64,000 nucleotides of DNA, from the NCBI GenBank assembly GCA_951406725.2, contig OX597830.1, positions 51,026,001-51,090,000 of the forward strand. Reading direction: 5' to 3'. This document shows, in pieces, positions 12,772 through 27,694 of this stretch. This DNA is from Octopus vulgaris. Taxonomy: Eukaryota. Under the pieces are notes generated by a model, which saw only the letters and a program-made list of their open reading frames with translations, was not told the origin of the DNA and made no database searches. Position 1 is the stretch's first letter, and every line of letters starts with the position of its first letter. Both the position numbers and the translations under genes were made by a program.

Positions 12772-13080
12772 TTTTTCTACATGGTAGTACTCTGGATATG
12801 GATGGATGTGGAGGATGCAATTAAATATATGGTAAACGAATAGGAATAAAAATAAGTGTACTATCTTTGCCTCCGTCACTGTCTCTCTCTTCATATATAC
12901 ACATTATGTTATACACGCATACACACAAATGCATATATACATAGATATCGATATGCATGCGTACCAACACACACGTATGTGGGTTTCGGTCTTTGTATAT
13001 ATGTATAGCGATACATATACATCTATACAAACGTACATGCATACATACATTTATATATATATATATATGTATCTTTGGTA
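12430..13080. repeat. Compound (TA)n/(TG)n low-complexity region
   Basis: Directly visible. Confidence 0.93.
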
Positions 13081-13459
13081 ATACATGTGTGTGTATTATG
13101 GAAGCTGAAGTCAAAAAATCAATTTAATAATCGAATAAGTGAATGTAATACAAGATCGGTGTGTCTATTTTAGTCTAAGCCGCAGGGAGTTAGTTGTAAG
13201 TATTGTTACTATATATTAATGGGATGGCGACAGTATTGAGGGTGGAGTTGAAGGATCGGTGGCGTTAGTGGTAGGGGATGTAATATAAGGTGAGAGTAGG
13301 GAACTGAGAGAATAGGGAGATGGAGATATGAGAAAAGTTTCAATGTGGGAGTGTGAGGGGTGAGAGGGGGAACAGAGGATAAGACAGTGTAAAACAGAGA
13401 GCCAGAGAGAGATAATGAGAAGGTCTATGAGACGGGAATATATTGAAGTCTATTACTGA

Positions 13460-14520
<1,061 letters not shown>

Positions 14521-15149
14521 ATATGTATATGTATTACACACTTATACACACTCACACGCACATAGAGACAGATATATGTAGGGGTGAAAGGAGCAAGTGG
14601 TGAAGAAAAAGTGTGTAAGAGAGTGAGAAAGGAAGAGATAAAAAAAAAGAGTAAATGGCCAGATAGAGAAAGACAGAAAGCTGAAGAATAAAATGTAATT
14701 CTCGAAATTGATGTGAGGAATGTAGAACTAGTGATATTAATTCTCTAAACATTAGAAGTTTGTCCTGTCTTGGAGTAAATCTCCGGAGATTCCACCAAAC
14801 TTTGCCAGCCCTCTTCCTAATAATCTGCAATGGAAATAGAAGCTGGTATACGAAGGAAAGTAAAGATAATTTAAATCTATCATCAGTTCAATAAGGGAGA
14901 TTGAAGTAGATAACTGATTATTGTATCACATGATTGGAATACCACGTCAGTAAGTGATGAGGTTTGCGATAGTTTTAAGTGTTTTGTTAGTTTTGGCTTC
15001 CATTCCTGCTTCAGGCTGTTTCATCTGCTTAATAAGGGGTCAGTTGCCTGAACCAGACATTATAGCTCTCGTACTTGCAGCTCTTTCGAGTTTTAGGAGA
15101 TTAAACAAAGACGAACACCGGTTTTAATGTCAAGAAACAAGTTGAAACA

Positions 15150-15188
15150 TTATCTATCTATCTATCTACCTATCTATCTATCTAACTA

Positions 15189-15250
<62 letters not shown>

Positions 15251-15255
15251 CATCC

Positions 15256-15340
<85 letters not shown>

Positions 15341-15457
15341 TCTACCTACCTACCTACCTACCTACCTACCTATCTGTCTGTATGTCTGTCTGTCTGTCTG
15401 CCTGCTTGTCTGTCTCTCACTGTCTGCCTGTCTGTCTGTCTATCAATCAATCAATCA

Positions 15458-15506
<49 letters not shown>

Positions 15507-15720
15507 CCTACCTACCTATCTGTCTGTCTGTCTGTCTGTTTGCCTCCCTCCCTGTCTGTCTGTCTGTCTGCCTGCTTGTCTATCTGTCTCCCTGTCTGTC
15601 TGTCTGTCAATCAATCAATCAATCAATCTATCTATCTATATCAACACATATATGTATATATATTTATTTATTTACTTATTTGTGTGTGTACGCGCGTGTG
15701 TGTGCGTGTGTGTCTGTGTC
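15150..15720. repeat. Compound tetranucleotide microsatellite (TATC/TGTC/TACC/TCAA)
   Basis: Directly visible. The block TGTCTGTCTGCCTGCTTGTCT...(TCAA)n recurs at 15391 and 15561. Confidence 0.95.
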
Positions 15721-15728
15721 TGTATCTG

Positions 15729-15868
15729 TGCAGGTGTGGCTGCGTCGTTAGAAGTTTACTTCACAAACATATGGTTCCAGCTTCGGTCCTACTTCATGCT
15801 ACCTTGTGAATGGATACGGCTACGCATTTTGCCCGGCTAGCTAACGTTCCTGCCAGCTCGCCGCCTTA
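15729..15868. mobile_element. SINE D head (+) fused to SINE C head (-)
   Basis: 15729-15812 matches the family D 5' end; 15813-15868 is the reverse complement of the family C 5' end. Confidence 0.7.
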
Positions 15869-16604
15869 CACAATATTGCAAAAGTTTGACTATGCATTGT
15901 ACACTTATATTTCATACAGGGTTCCCTCCATATTTTAATACCACTACGAGATACCGTACACATATGTTATATACGAGGCTTTCGGTACAATACGAGAACT
16001 CGGTTCTACGTGAATATTTTCAGTATAATAAAAAAAACACCAAAATAAAGGAAACTCAAGATATACATAATTTCATCTTACAATTGATGATATTTCTCTC
16101 CTGAGCTAAACTTATTGGCCTGCTTCCTGATAAAGATATTTGCCACCACAAGGAAACATTAATGCAATCACAATATCTTGATTAAATATAAAAGCATAAA
16201 AGAATTTCTGTTATACAAATACATTTAAATATGTACTTGCTGAACGACGGAAGCGGAAAAAATTGCATTAAATCACTGCAATGCAAAGTGACAATTCTTA
16301 AAAACGTTCTTCACTCTGAATAGCTCTGTAGTCTCACCTGTCTTTTAGGAATCATATTAAAAGTGTATTATGTAATTATATCAACGTATCTACAACATCT
16401 ACAATGAAGAATGTATGAAATGAGTATCATATATGTGTGTGTGCGTGAGTGCGTGCGGGTTAATATTGCGCAAAAATCTATTATATTTCTAGTAAAGACG
16501 GATATCTCCCAATATATTTTTAGTTCGATTCCTTGTTGAATTAACTTAACCATTTAACTTGCCAAGGTTTATTGGTTAACTACATAGAATTAAATAGGTT
16601 TTAA

Positions 16605-16800
16605 TACTTTCAGTCACTGAATTGCAACCATGATGGGGCGAGATCTTTATTTATATTTCATTTTATTTTTATCGATCAAGCCGACTCTAATATTTATTTC
16701 AGTTAGGTTCTTATTTTCTCAATGTTTGTTTATCGAATGTCTATAACTTTCGACACAAAGAGACGCAGATCGACGCTATACAAAAAACATAATACCCACA
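16605..16800 (-). mobile_element. Old SINE D 3' part
   Basis: TTTCAGTCACTGAATTGCAACCATG resembles the reverse complement of the family D tail. Confidence 0.5.
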
Positions 16801-16810
16801 AACAAACATA

Positions 16811-17019
16811 TATTTATTTATTGTCCACAAGGGGCTAAACATAGAGGGGACAAACAAGGACAGACAAACGGATTAAGTCGATTACATCGACCGCAGTGCG
16901 AAATTGGTACCTTATTTATCGACCCCGAAAGGATGAAAGGCAATGTCGACCTCGGCGGAATTTGAACTCAGAACGTAACGACAGACGAAATACCGCTAAG
17001 CATTTCGCACGGCGCGCTG
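16811..17019 (-). mobile_element. SINE family C, slightly 5'-truncated
   Basis: High similarity to 30796-31029; TSD CAAACATA(TA) at 16803 and 17020. Confidence 0.92.
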
Positions 17020-18884
17020 CAAACATATACATATATATGCATATGCATACAGACACATATTGCAGTCTTTAACAAACTAAAATAAGAGAATTAATTCAAT
17101 GTAATTATAAAGTGTGGATTGTGAAATCCCCGTTGCCAACATCGAAGAATCACATGCAATACTCTCTTCTAAGTTATGTCTATTGAAGTACTGTACATTT
17201 CCTTTCGGCTTCCGGTACTGCATCTGAACACCCTACTCAATATTTCCTTCAATGTTGCTTGTCAGCTTATTCACCAACCAGCATGTACCACATTCCTCGC
17301 CCCTCACTTCATGCAGAAACAACAAGCAAAGGTCGAGTCGACCTTCTAACTGCTAGCTAGCTATGCAAATACAGTCTTATCTCTTTTATGCCTCCTGCAC
17401 AAACTTAATACCTTTTGCTCGCTGTGGTCCCTTATTTTTTTCACCTTTTCGCCAATCTGCCAGAAACCGTTGCGAACTTCCGAATATTCGATTGCAGCTC
17501 CAATGAAAAGGCTTGGATAAGAGCCACATAACCAGTAACCGAAGTCTGAGCGACACCTTGATTTCTTGTACTTCTCTTTCTATTTGACGGCTTCCACCAT
17601 AAAGGAAGTTTTATCTGCCACATACGACCATTTTAACTGGACCCCTCTTACACTCCCAGGAAGGCCTCAATACTATACGAGTAACTATATTATATTACAG
17701 TACAAAATTGGGAGGGATGGAGTACCGCTTCAGTGTTTCACTAGATGAATTTCATAATTATTTCCAAGACAGGCAATGAATTGACAATGTTTCAAATTCT
17801 AGACGCCATCTGTAATCACTTCCTTTCATGCCCGATCACAATGTAGTGTGAGATGATACGTTTACTTGTCTCGTATAAGCTTACTAAATTTTCCCACCTC
17901 AATATATAGACATAAAAGTTAAAGATATTTACTTTACAGAGATGCATGATATGTTTCCATAATATTACACTTGTTATGAGTTTTTCAGAAATCAAGTAGA
18001 AAATATGTTTTCCTATGAAGCTGGAATATTTTATAATATTTCAGATCTACCTACGATGTAAGTAGCCTTGAGAAAAAAATTATTCATAAGTTGCTTACTT
18101 AAGAGGGTAGCTTTAGAAGTCTCTAATTCATCTGGCTTCATATGTTAAATTTGGTGGTATCGTAAAGCAACATGTCTTTAATAAGTGCATATGAAAGAAA
18201 TGGAATCTACGAAAACAGTCTAGGAGAATTTATGGGTATTTTTGTGAAGATTTTATCATATTATGTATAGTAATTTTTCCGTCTTAAGAGCTGGCAATGT
18301 CTCATCGCATTGGCGCAAGATTTTCATTACCCTTGGACGTTTTTTTTTATATTACATTTGATATTATTCTTGTTTATAAAGGATCCCAATGTCTTTCATG
18401 TATCCTTTAATATTTAATTCTTCATTCTGTTATCTCTTCTGCATTCAGTGTTAGTCTCTATTCTTATCGATGAAGTTCGCTTCTCTCCATATATTAATGA
18501 CACGGTTGTGTACACGCCTCTTTATTCCTACAAGTGTAATTGTCTGCCGCATGTGATTTTGGTACACGCATTACTATGTGATGAGTGATGCTCAACATAC
18601 ATTTTAGCAGCTTCTAAGAAAAGATTGTCCTATAATAGAGCTGGCTAAGGAAATGTGTATCTGATGAAAATTTTTCAGGAATATTTAATAAAATAGAGGG
18701 TACCATTACACTGATAAATTGGCGTTTAATCGTAGACTGGGAGACGAATTATGTAGATATGTGCGTGCGAGCAGATCATCGCGAAAGATTTGGTTAGAGG
18801 CCCAAACTTCCGAGTTCATTTACAGGGCTCAGATAAACTGAAGGATCACTTTAAAAACGTTTCAGCACACCTTCTTATATATTT

Positions 18885-19082
<198 letters not shown>

Positions 19083-19183
19083 GCAGCAAAAATTTAGATT
19101 CAGATGAATATGGTACTTAAGTTGAGGCACCAGAATTTAATACGGTATTATCCATACAATTTCAAAATGACGTGATTAAAATA

Positions 19184-19558
19184 AAAATAAGCATCAAGGA
19201 TGTCCAGAGGTAATGCAATACGATCGTTTCAAGCAGTTCCATTTAATTGAACAATGCAATCATTACGTCAATTTAAAGGCAAAGCAATCCTCAACTGCAT
19301 AAATACATAGAATTTAATTTAGTAGCTTCTAAGCTGAAGTGAAGATAGCATGTTCTCTATCAACTTACCTTCTTGGAGATTTTAGGTAAAATTATACTAA
19401 TGTGTCCATCTATTTTAATTTAATTAAATTCCATGACTTTATGCAGCTGAGGATTGCTCTACATTAAAATTGATGTAATGATTGCATTGTTCAGTTAAAT
19501 GGAGTTTCTTGAATCGATCCTACAGCATTACCTCTGGATATTCTTGCTGCTTATTTTG
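19184..19558. mobile_element. Inverted repeat (about 135-bp arms) carrying degenerate hammerhead motifs
   Basis: 19184-19319 is reverse-complementary to 19422-19558. The arm consensus gives ATGCAG-CTGAGGA...GAAA-C-GATC-G-TA-(C/T)TGCAT. Confidence 0.75.
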
Positions 19559-19560
19559 AT

Positions 19561-19592
<32 letters not shown>

Positions 19593-19599
19593 TATATAT

Positions 19600-19936
19600 A
19601 AAGACCCCCTTCGGTCATGAATGACCATGGGATTGCACCTAGAAAGTTACCCTCCTAGACACAAGTCCGGGCAAGGTTGTTTATGGAAGACCAGCAGTCG
19701 CCCATGCATACCAGCCTCCCCTCTCCACGCCACCAGTGTTATCCAAGGGAAAGACAAAGGTCGATACAGCTTGGCACCAGTGACGTCGCAACTCATTTCT
19801 ACAGCTGAGTGAACTGGAGCAACGTGAAATAAAGTGCCTTGCTCGAGAACACAACACGCAGCCCAGTCCGGGATTCGAGCTCACAACCTCACGATCGTAA
19901 GCTCGACGCTGTAACCACTGAGCCATGCGCCTTCAC
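19600..19936 (-). mobile_element. tRNA-derived CORE-like SINE, head B + tail Y, full length, inside (TA)n
   Basis: GTGAAGGCGCATGGCTCAGTGG...GAGCTCGAATCCC head, CORE-like TGTGTTCTCGAGCAAGGCACTTTATTTCAC, and a unique tail ending CCATGGTCATTCATGACCGAAGGGGGTCTT. Confidence 0.9.
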
Positions 19937-19938
19937 GG

Positions 19939-19982
<44 letters not shown>

Positions 19983-20324
19983 AGCTAGTTGCAATGTTAA
20001 ACCGTAGGGAACAATCGTCGTCGTCAAATAAACGTGACTAAGGATGTCAAGACACTTACTTTGCTAGAAATGAGTGCTAAAATGTTCCAATGCTGATATA
20101 AACACATAACATATATTCTGATAGAGGCTGCACTCGCCCTTAACACTGAATGAATAATTCGTTAGACTGACCGGTATGTTTCGGCTATTTCCGTAGCCAA
20201 TTGTCAGTAAGGCCAGCTCTTGCGGCAATATATATATATTTACCATAAAATTTATGGGTGATTTAGCAGATTGCTAACGTGTATACAAAAACTAATACAC
20301 AATCAGCTGTGACACCACCTTAAC

Positions 20325-20550
20325 GGATGAGTCGAACAAATCGACCCCAGTACATATACATATTTTTTAAAGCCTTATACATAATTTATCGTTATCTTTA
20401 GCCGAGCCTTGAGGTAACAGAAATGTAAACAAACTAAAATCGGTTGTCAAGCGGTTGTGAAGGACAAGCACATACGCAAAGACACTCACAGACGCACACA
20501 CATGCACACTGACACACACACACACATATAGCTGCAGACACACACACACA
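20325..20550 (-). mobile_element. SINE D 3' fragment
   Basis: The reverse complement contains CCGCTTGACAACCGAT, GTTTACA and GGGGTCGATTTGTTCGACT. Confidence 0.7.
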
Positions 20551-21302
20551 CATTAAGTAAACAAGTTTATTTTAACTTATGCAATACATATTTCTGTTAT
20601 ATACCTATATATAGCAAAATAGAGATACAAAATCATTTTATCACATAAAAATTGCTTTGATATGACACATTTACTGAGTAAATATTGGTGTATATTTTCA
20701 AAAATTGAGTTTTACACATCAAAATAAACAACAAAGATGGAGAGAAATACTGAAAACTTTTCGTAAAAAATACTTTGACTGAATACTTTTAGTACATGTT
20801 ATAACTAAACTAGGTTATGCAGGAGTCCATCGTCTCTATATAGACCGATATAGAGTTATCATACAGAGTTATTATTTTAGTCTCAGTATTCCAACGAAGG
20901 TGCATATATCTACTCTATCATATGAGTCCATATTCACGAGGAACATGTCGATTAAATCGAATTTTATTTACTCGATTCTTTATCAAAGAGTAAAGTTTAT
21001 GATCTTTTAATCTCTGCTATCAGTATCGTAACAGCTTTTCCGAAGCGAGATCAACTGCATTATTTGGTAGAAAAGCAGTTACAAACAAGTCAAAGTCGAC
21101 GGTAACAGATTGTTTGAATTTAGGATATTTTTTGTTATGGTTATTATAAACAACATTAAAATTACATAACTGCTGTTCCAGTGTTGTGATATAATCTCTC
21201 TAAATTTGTCGTTAATCTTCTATAGAATATTTTGCCCGTTAATCGTATTTCTGTCTTAGTTTGGTTTAATAAACTATATATGGGATGAGGAGTAAAATCT
21301 AG

Positions 21303-21420
21303 AAAACCGGTGTCGGTTTGTTTACGTTCCCGTAACTTAGTGGTTCGGTAAAAGGGATTGTTAGAATAAGTAACAGGCTTAATAAATAAGTATGAGGTTG
21401 ATATGCTCGACGGTACCTCA
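21303..21420 (+). mobile_element. SINE D 3' fragment
   Basis: AACCGGTGTCGGTTTGTTTACGTTCCCGTAACTTAGTGGTTCGG...TAGAATAAGTA. Confidence 0.75.
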
Positions 21421-21450
21421 GTAAAGCCGCAGTGGAAGGGATGAAAGATA

Positions 21451-21981
21451 TTGGGTTGTCCAGAAAGTTCGTGCCGATTTTTAAATGAAAGGAAAAGGTC
21501 AATAAATACTTGCCATTGCATTTTTAATCAACCAAATGTGAACCATTTTGTTGCACCCTGTGTCTCTATCTTTCCTTTAAATGAAACCTCTTCCCAGAAT
21601 TGAGGTAGTTTCATGGCAAAGAATTCATCAAGGTATCTTTTTACGTCATCCAAGGAATTTAAATCTTTACCATTAAGACTATTCTGCAGAGACCTGCCTG
21701 AATAAGTGGAAATCCGAAGGAGTAATATCTGATGAATATGGAGGGTGGGGTAACACATCCCAGCCGAGCTGCAGCAATTTTTGTCTAGTGCCGAAAATGA
21801 ACTTTCTTATCTTCCATTTTAAAGGGTTACAGAATTAACTTAGGTTATAGGAACATAGACTTTCTTCCACGAAAAGATGTTTTAACTGTGCTCTAAATGC
21901 AGGTGTAGTTAAATCCTATTTTATGGACTCAACCATGTTCTGAAATAAGTCGAAAGGTAAGCTACTTTCCGGACAACCTAA
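21451..21981 (-). mobile_element. Internally deleted mariner-like element
   Basis: TIRs TTGGGTTGTCCAGAAAG / CTTTCCGGACAACCTAA flanked by TA. Encodes the mariner C-terminus (GWDVLPHPPYSSDITPSDFHLF...SLQNSLNGK). Homologous to 62141-62707. Confidence 0.93.
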
Positions 21982-22240
21982 TAAATAAAATTTGTTGATT
22001 TTAAATATAACTACGCCGAAGTCCAATAAATACATTGAGCTTTGTATAGTTTCTCTCAATCAAATATCAGTGTCAAAGCAATCGTCTCTGTGAGTTAAAC
22101 AGAAAGCCATTGTTCAAGATGCCATACATTGGAATTGAAACGAGAACGCCATGTGATAATAAAGCGAACATCTTAACGCCTTTACTATACCTGCTTCTAT
22201 TCAAAGACCAAATTAAATGGTATTTCTGAATTATTTTCAA

Positions 22241-22397
22241 CGGTGGCTGTGTTGTAAGAAGCTTTCTTCCCAACTACATGGTTCCATGTTCAGTTCCACG
22301 GCTTGACCCCTTGTACAAGTGTCTTCTACACTAGACTCGAGCCCACAAATTTTTTTTGTGAGTGGATTTGGTAGGCGGAAATGAGAGAAGTGTATGC

Positions 22398-22459
<62 letters not shown>

Positions 22460-22720
22460 AGAAGAGAGAGTGAGAAAGAGAGAGAAGAAGAAAGAGATCT
22501 ATGTATGTGTGTCTCGTTCTGTATGTCTTCCACCACCGCTTAACAACCGGTGTTGACGGGCATATTCCCCGTAAATTAGCGGTTCGATACAATAGACCGA
22601 TAGAATAAGTACTAAGCTTACAAATAAGTCCGGGGATCGATTTATTCGACTAAAAAACCTTCAAGGCAGTACCCCAGCTTGGCCGCAGTCAAATGGCTGA
22701 AACCAGTAACAGATATAAAG
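22241..22720 (+). mobile_element. SINE family D with internal (TA)n(GA)n
   Basis: GTGGCTGTGTTGTAAGAAG head, GTGAGTGGATTTGGTAG, and tail CCAGCTTGGCCGCAGTCAAATGGCTGAAAC. Confidence 0.9.
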
Positions 22721-22889
22721 AAAACCGTTAACCGCGGAAGTTTTATAATAACAAAAGAGAAAACGTGTTGTTTTGATGGTTACTATTGACATTAACTCAG
22801 TAAGTGAATAAAGAAGAGAAAGGAAGGCTGATGTAGAGTCATCTCATCATTAGTAAAAAAAGCATTGGGCACACTGGATGTTGTCGTTC

Positions 22890-23330
22890 TTGTTGTTTAA
22901 TCTAAATTCAGCGTTGATCACGTAAACATATGATAGAAGTTAATCAAGCAGTGGCTATCATGTCATATATTCAAATGAAGTGTGTATAAATGACTGCATC
23001 ATACACTGAGTGTTTCCTTGCTGTTGTCAAGCAAAGACTTTACAGATCTTTGCTCAAAAGCCTTCCACCTATGACCAACTTTTCTCTTATTTAAACATAG
23101 GGCATCCAGGACTGCATTATCTATTGTATCCTTCCTTGCAGTTTCTTAAACCCGAGTTAGTTTTGAGTCATGAACCTATAATCAAAAATACTCCAGGCAT
23201 GATCTTCTTTGTGTTTCACGAATATATTTGTCTTTCTCATGTTTAAACTGGTGAAATGTAATTGGAGAGCGGTGTGACTGCTATTTCTAGCAAGTCGAGT
23301 AAACTTTCAGTATATATTTTGGATGGCCCG
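22890..23330 (+). repeat. Degenerate interspersed repeat with about three related subunits (unclassified)
   Basis: Loosely similar blocks start near 22890, 23020 and 23145; a related block occurs at 29680-29860. Confidence 0.3.
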
Positions 23331-23539
23331 TGTGTATGGCGTTGGTAGGTCGGTTGTGTTGAGATGTCTGTTAAATACGAAACAATAAGACAACCGTTCA
23401 TTTCAATTTGTACAAACATTGATATAATTAATGTTCTTTTTCAAACAGGGACACCACCAAATAATTAGTTTAGAAACGAAAAAAAAAAAGACAGCACAAA
23501 ACAAATATAAATAACCAATATATCTACAAACAAGAAAAT

Positions 23540-23563
23540 TCATTATTACTATTATTATTATCA

Positions 23564-23621
<58 letters not shown>

Positions 23622-23661
23622 CATCATCATCATCCTCATAAGCAGATGCAGCAATAGCAAC

Positions 23662-23734
<73 letters not shown>

Positions 23735-23735
23735 A
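23540..23735. repeat. (TTA)n,(TCA)n,(TAG)n microsatellites
   Basis: Directly visible. Confidence 0.97.
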
Positions 23736-24739
23736 TGATAAATTCCAAATAATGACACGAAAATGATAGCAACAAGTATAAAAATCAGTGAGAAACAAGA
23801 GTTAGATTCGGAAAAATAATAGAACTTTTATTTTGTTGTTGTTGTTGTTTAGTGAGCGTGTAGCATGAAAGATAGAGAGAAGGGTGGAAAGAGTCAGAGA
23901 AAGAAACCTTTAGAGAGAGCGAGAGAGAGAGAGGGAGACAGATAAAGAAAGACAGACAGAGAGAGTGAGAGATAAATTGGTGGCATTTAAGCGAATATCA
24001 AACAACGACGAGATAACATTACGGTTTAATAACATAAAAACACACAGAGAAATAACAATGGACAAATATAACATAAGCAAACAAAATGAAACGACAAATT
24101 TACAACAAAACAAAGCCATAAACAAACAGAATGTGATCCCAGTGGTGAGTAAAGAGTATTAAATGAGGAGTATTATGATATGGTTATATATATGAACGGT
24201 CCATTGGGCAGAAGCTTTATCTTTTGTTTTATGCTAGAATATCAAAGAGATTTGTGGCGTAAATGAAATTTACAAGTGGAGAGACGGTCATATTTTATTT
24301 AATCAGTTGTCGAGGCTGTTGGATGGAAACGTAATCAACTGTTATGATGGCTGACGACGTCTTCTCAAAGTTTGAAAGAGCGTACAGAGTTGTCAGTAAA
24401 TATGGCGGTCATTATGAAATATGGATGCACAGACGCACCACACAGACACGTTGATACAGACGTCTATACATGTGTTCGTTGTTGCTCACACACACACACA
24501 CTGGCGCGCGCACACACACATACTCAGTGAGAAAGAGAAAGAAAGAGAGTTAGAAGGAAGGAAGGAGATAGACGAAGATAGTTTGATAACAAGATGAACT
24601 AATAGATCAATAGTTTCATACGTATATTTAAATATACATTGGTGTACGCTAGCAGACATATTATATAGAGGACTAAAGAGGTGGTTAGAGGGTAGAGAAC
24701 GAAAGTAAGATAAAGTGATATACAGGAAGATAAATAGTT

Positions 24740-25110
<371 letters not shown>

Positions 25111-25390
25111 CGGGGGGTATAAGGAAACTGCGTACAATAACAGAAATAGTTGTTCAACAATGTTAAAGATAAACGAAAACAGCCAGTATCAATGACAAAA
25201 TAATAGGGTACGTTCAGAAGCAAAGACCGACATATTAAGACATACCTTTAGGTCCGTACCTCTAATTGTTTAGGGATTAATTGGTTACGTCACTAAGTGC
25301 CTTCACAGTGATATTGAGAAGCTGGGTGTCACAAAACCAGAGTGGACACTGGTTATTAATAATTGCCAATAGCATATCTTTAATAAAGAT

Positions 25391-25810
25391 GCAGGCGTTG
25401 CTGTGTAGTAAGAATCTTGCTTCCCAACCACAGGTTCTGCGTTCAATCCCACAGCGTAGTATTGGCAAGTTCTTCTACTGAAGCCTTGGTTTAGACAAAG
25501 ACTTGTGAATGGATCTGGTAGATGGAAACTAAAAGAAGCTCATCGTATAAATATGTATGGAGGATGCATGTGTGTGTGCGTGCTTGTGTGTGTATGTTAG
25601 TGTGTGTGCATGTGTACGCGTGTGTGTGTGTCTTTGTGTCTATGTTTGTCCTTCACCATCGCTTGTTAACGGGTAACTTATACTTTCGGCAAAACAGACG
25701 GATGAATGAAGTTCAAGGCTTAACAACAAAAGTGCCGAAGTTGATTATTCCAACGACTGAAAGAAGTTCTCAGTGTAGGACTATTGCTCAGTCACAAATT
25801 TATGACAGGA
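25391..25810 (+). mobile_element. SINE family D, diverged, internal (TG)n
   Basis: GCTGTGTAGTAAGAA...TTGGCAAGTTCTTCTAC...TGGATCTGGTAGATGGAAAC. Confidence 0.85.
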
Positions 25811-26815
25811 TCTTACGATATTACTTAGAAGAAATGCAGTATGAAGTACTTTATACCTAAAACTGTAAAATCTACGCTATTGTGCATAACACCAGACACG
25901 TTCAAGTTCGGGAGAAACAGAGGTGAATTAGTTTTGGGATTTCACTCCTTCGAAAACTCAACGCAGAAAAAAATTGTGAATCATTCATGTGAATCATTCA
26001 TGTGAATCATACTTGGCATTATGACCATTATGTTAATATACTGTAATCATCGACTTTTTTGCAATGATTTCATATTCAAGGAGTCTTCTTTAATTTAAAA
26101 TTTTCCCTTGCTAGCGACTCACGTTCGCATATAAAGGAGGCTGTGATCTCCAAGTATTTAAAACCACCAAATCAATCTCGTCTGTAAAAGGCATAGTCAC
26201 ATTATAATATTCTTTGCAGCCAATTTGTTTATCAACGAAGTCTTGGCTTCAGACAACGTGTCGTCTTTTATGCCAAGATCCTCAACCTTAAAACAAATTT
26301 CCGCGTTCTTTCATTAGTCTCCCTTTCAGCTGCAGCAATTTCACAACATTAAAAACATGATTGAACTGGTGATATGAGATTGTTGATCAGTATGCTGTGA
26401 TCTGAATTTCAATGTTATCAATCTTTTTACTAGAGATATCTTTATTTCGGGGTTATCTCTCAACTGGCAGTTTTGAATAATTTTCGCTGAAGTCGATGAG
26501 TTGTTCCCTTGTTTAGACGAATTATTTCAAGTGGCTCCAGATACTAAATCAAAACTGTGCCAAGTAAACAGTGAAAAAATCATCAAGAACGTCATCAAAA
26601 TGAGTTCCAAATAAATATTCAGGCAACTCCGATTTCCTGAAGCTTTAAAAAATATTTGACATTAAGTACTTCATAAATTAAACAATATTTATTTGAATAA
26701 TAAAGTTTGACAAATGAGTGATGATAAGGTTATAAAAACATAATTTGTTTCCTTTATTGTTACTAGTGCATATCTTGATAAAGTAAATTTTTTTGAATTT
26801 ATCGATGTGGCAGAG

Positions 26816-27265
26816 AAGGAAGGTGAGCTGGCAGACTCGTTAGTAGGTCGGACAGAATGCTTATCGGTATTTTTTCAAGGCGGCGAGCTGGCAGAAACGT
26901 TAGCACGCCGGGCGAAATGCTTAGCGGTATTTCGTCTGCCGCTACGTTGTGAGTTCAAATTCCGCCGAGGTCGACTTTGCCTTTCATCCTTTCGGGGTCA
27001 AATAAATTAAGTTCCAGTTACGCACTGGGGTCGATGTAATCGACTTAATACCTATGTCTGCCCTTGTTTATCCCCTCTGTGTTTAGCCCCTTGTGGGTAA
27101 TAAAGAAATAGGTATTTTTTCAAGCTTTATCTTCCGAGTTCAAATGCTGCCGTGGTCAACTTTACCTTTCATCCTTTTGGAATCGATGATGTGTCATTTG
27201 AAAACTGGGGTCAATGTAATCGATTAAACCCCTCCCACAAAATCCAGGGCTTTTGTTTATTATAG
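26816..27265 (+). mobile_element. Old SINE C copy split by a younger SINE C
   Basis: Head AAGGAAGGTGAGCTGGCAGACTCGTTAG (26816-26879); the element resumes after 27124 with CCGAGTTCAAATG...CCTTTCATCC. Confidence 0.85.
26880..27110 (+). mobile_element. Young full-length SINE family C (nested)
   Basis: Complete head to tail ending AAAGAAATA; TSD GGTATTTTTTCAAG at 26866-26879 and 27111-27124. Confidence 0.95.
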
Positions 27266-27440
27266 AAAGAAATATTAGGAACACCAGAGCTTTCACAGCT
27301 CTTTTTTTTCTGTGTCTTCCGCACCTGCATAATTTAACATTAAATGACAGTGGCTAAACTGGACAAACAACAGGCAAGTGGTTTCAATTCTTGCACCTAG
27401 AGTACGAGAAAGTGGATGGGGGAAGAATCATTTCAATAGA

Positions 27441-27480
27441 CCTGAACCTTATTGACTTAACCTGAACCTTATTGACTTAA
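27441..27480. repeat. Exact 20-bp tandem duplication
   Basis: CCTGAACCTTATTGACTTAA x2. Confidence 0.95.
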
Positions 27481-27642
27481 CAGAAATAAACATGAGCGTT
27501 ATCAGTTCTTTGCAATTTACTTAATCATTGATATTTTATTGTTATTTTAATTTTAATATTTCTATTATATGTAATTTTTTAGATGGTGTAATTTAATTGT
27601 TCATTTTGAATTGATAAAAGGTGTTTGTTTTTTTTTTCTAAA

Positions 27643-27694
<52 letters not shown>

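Noticed and set aside
17441-17623. ORF starting QIKLPLWW, faintly like an LTR gag N-terminus
   Set aside because: Only a few residues resemble the motif, with no supporting downstream signature.
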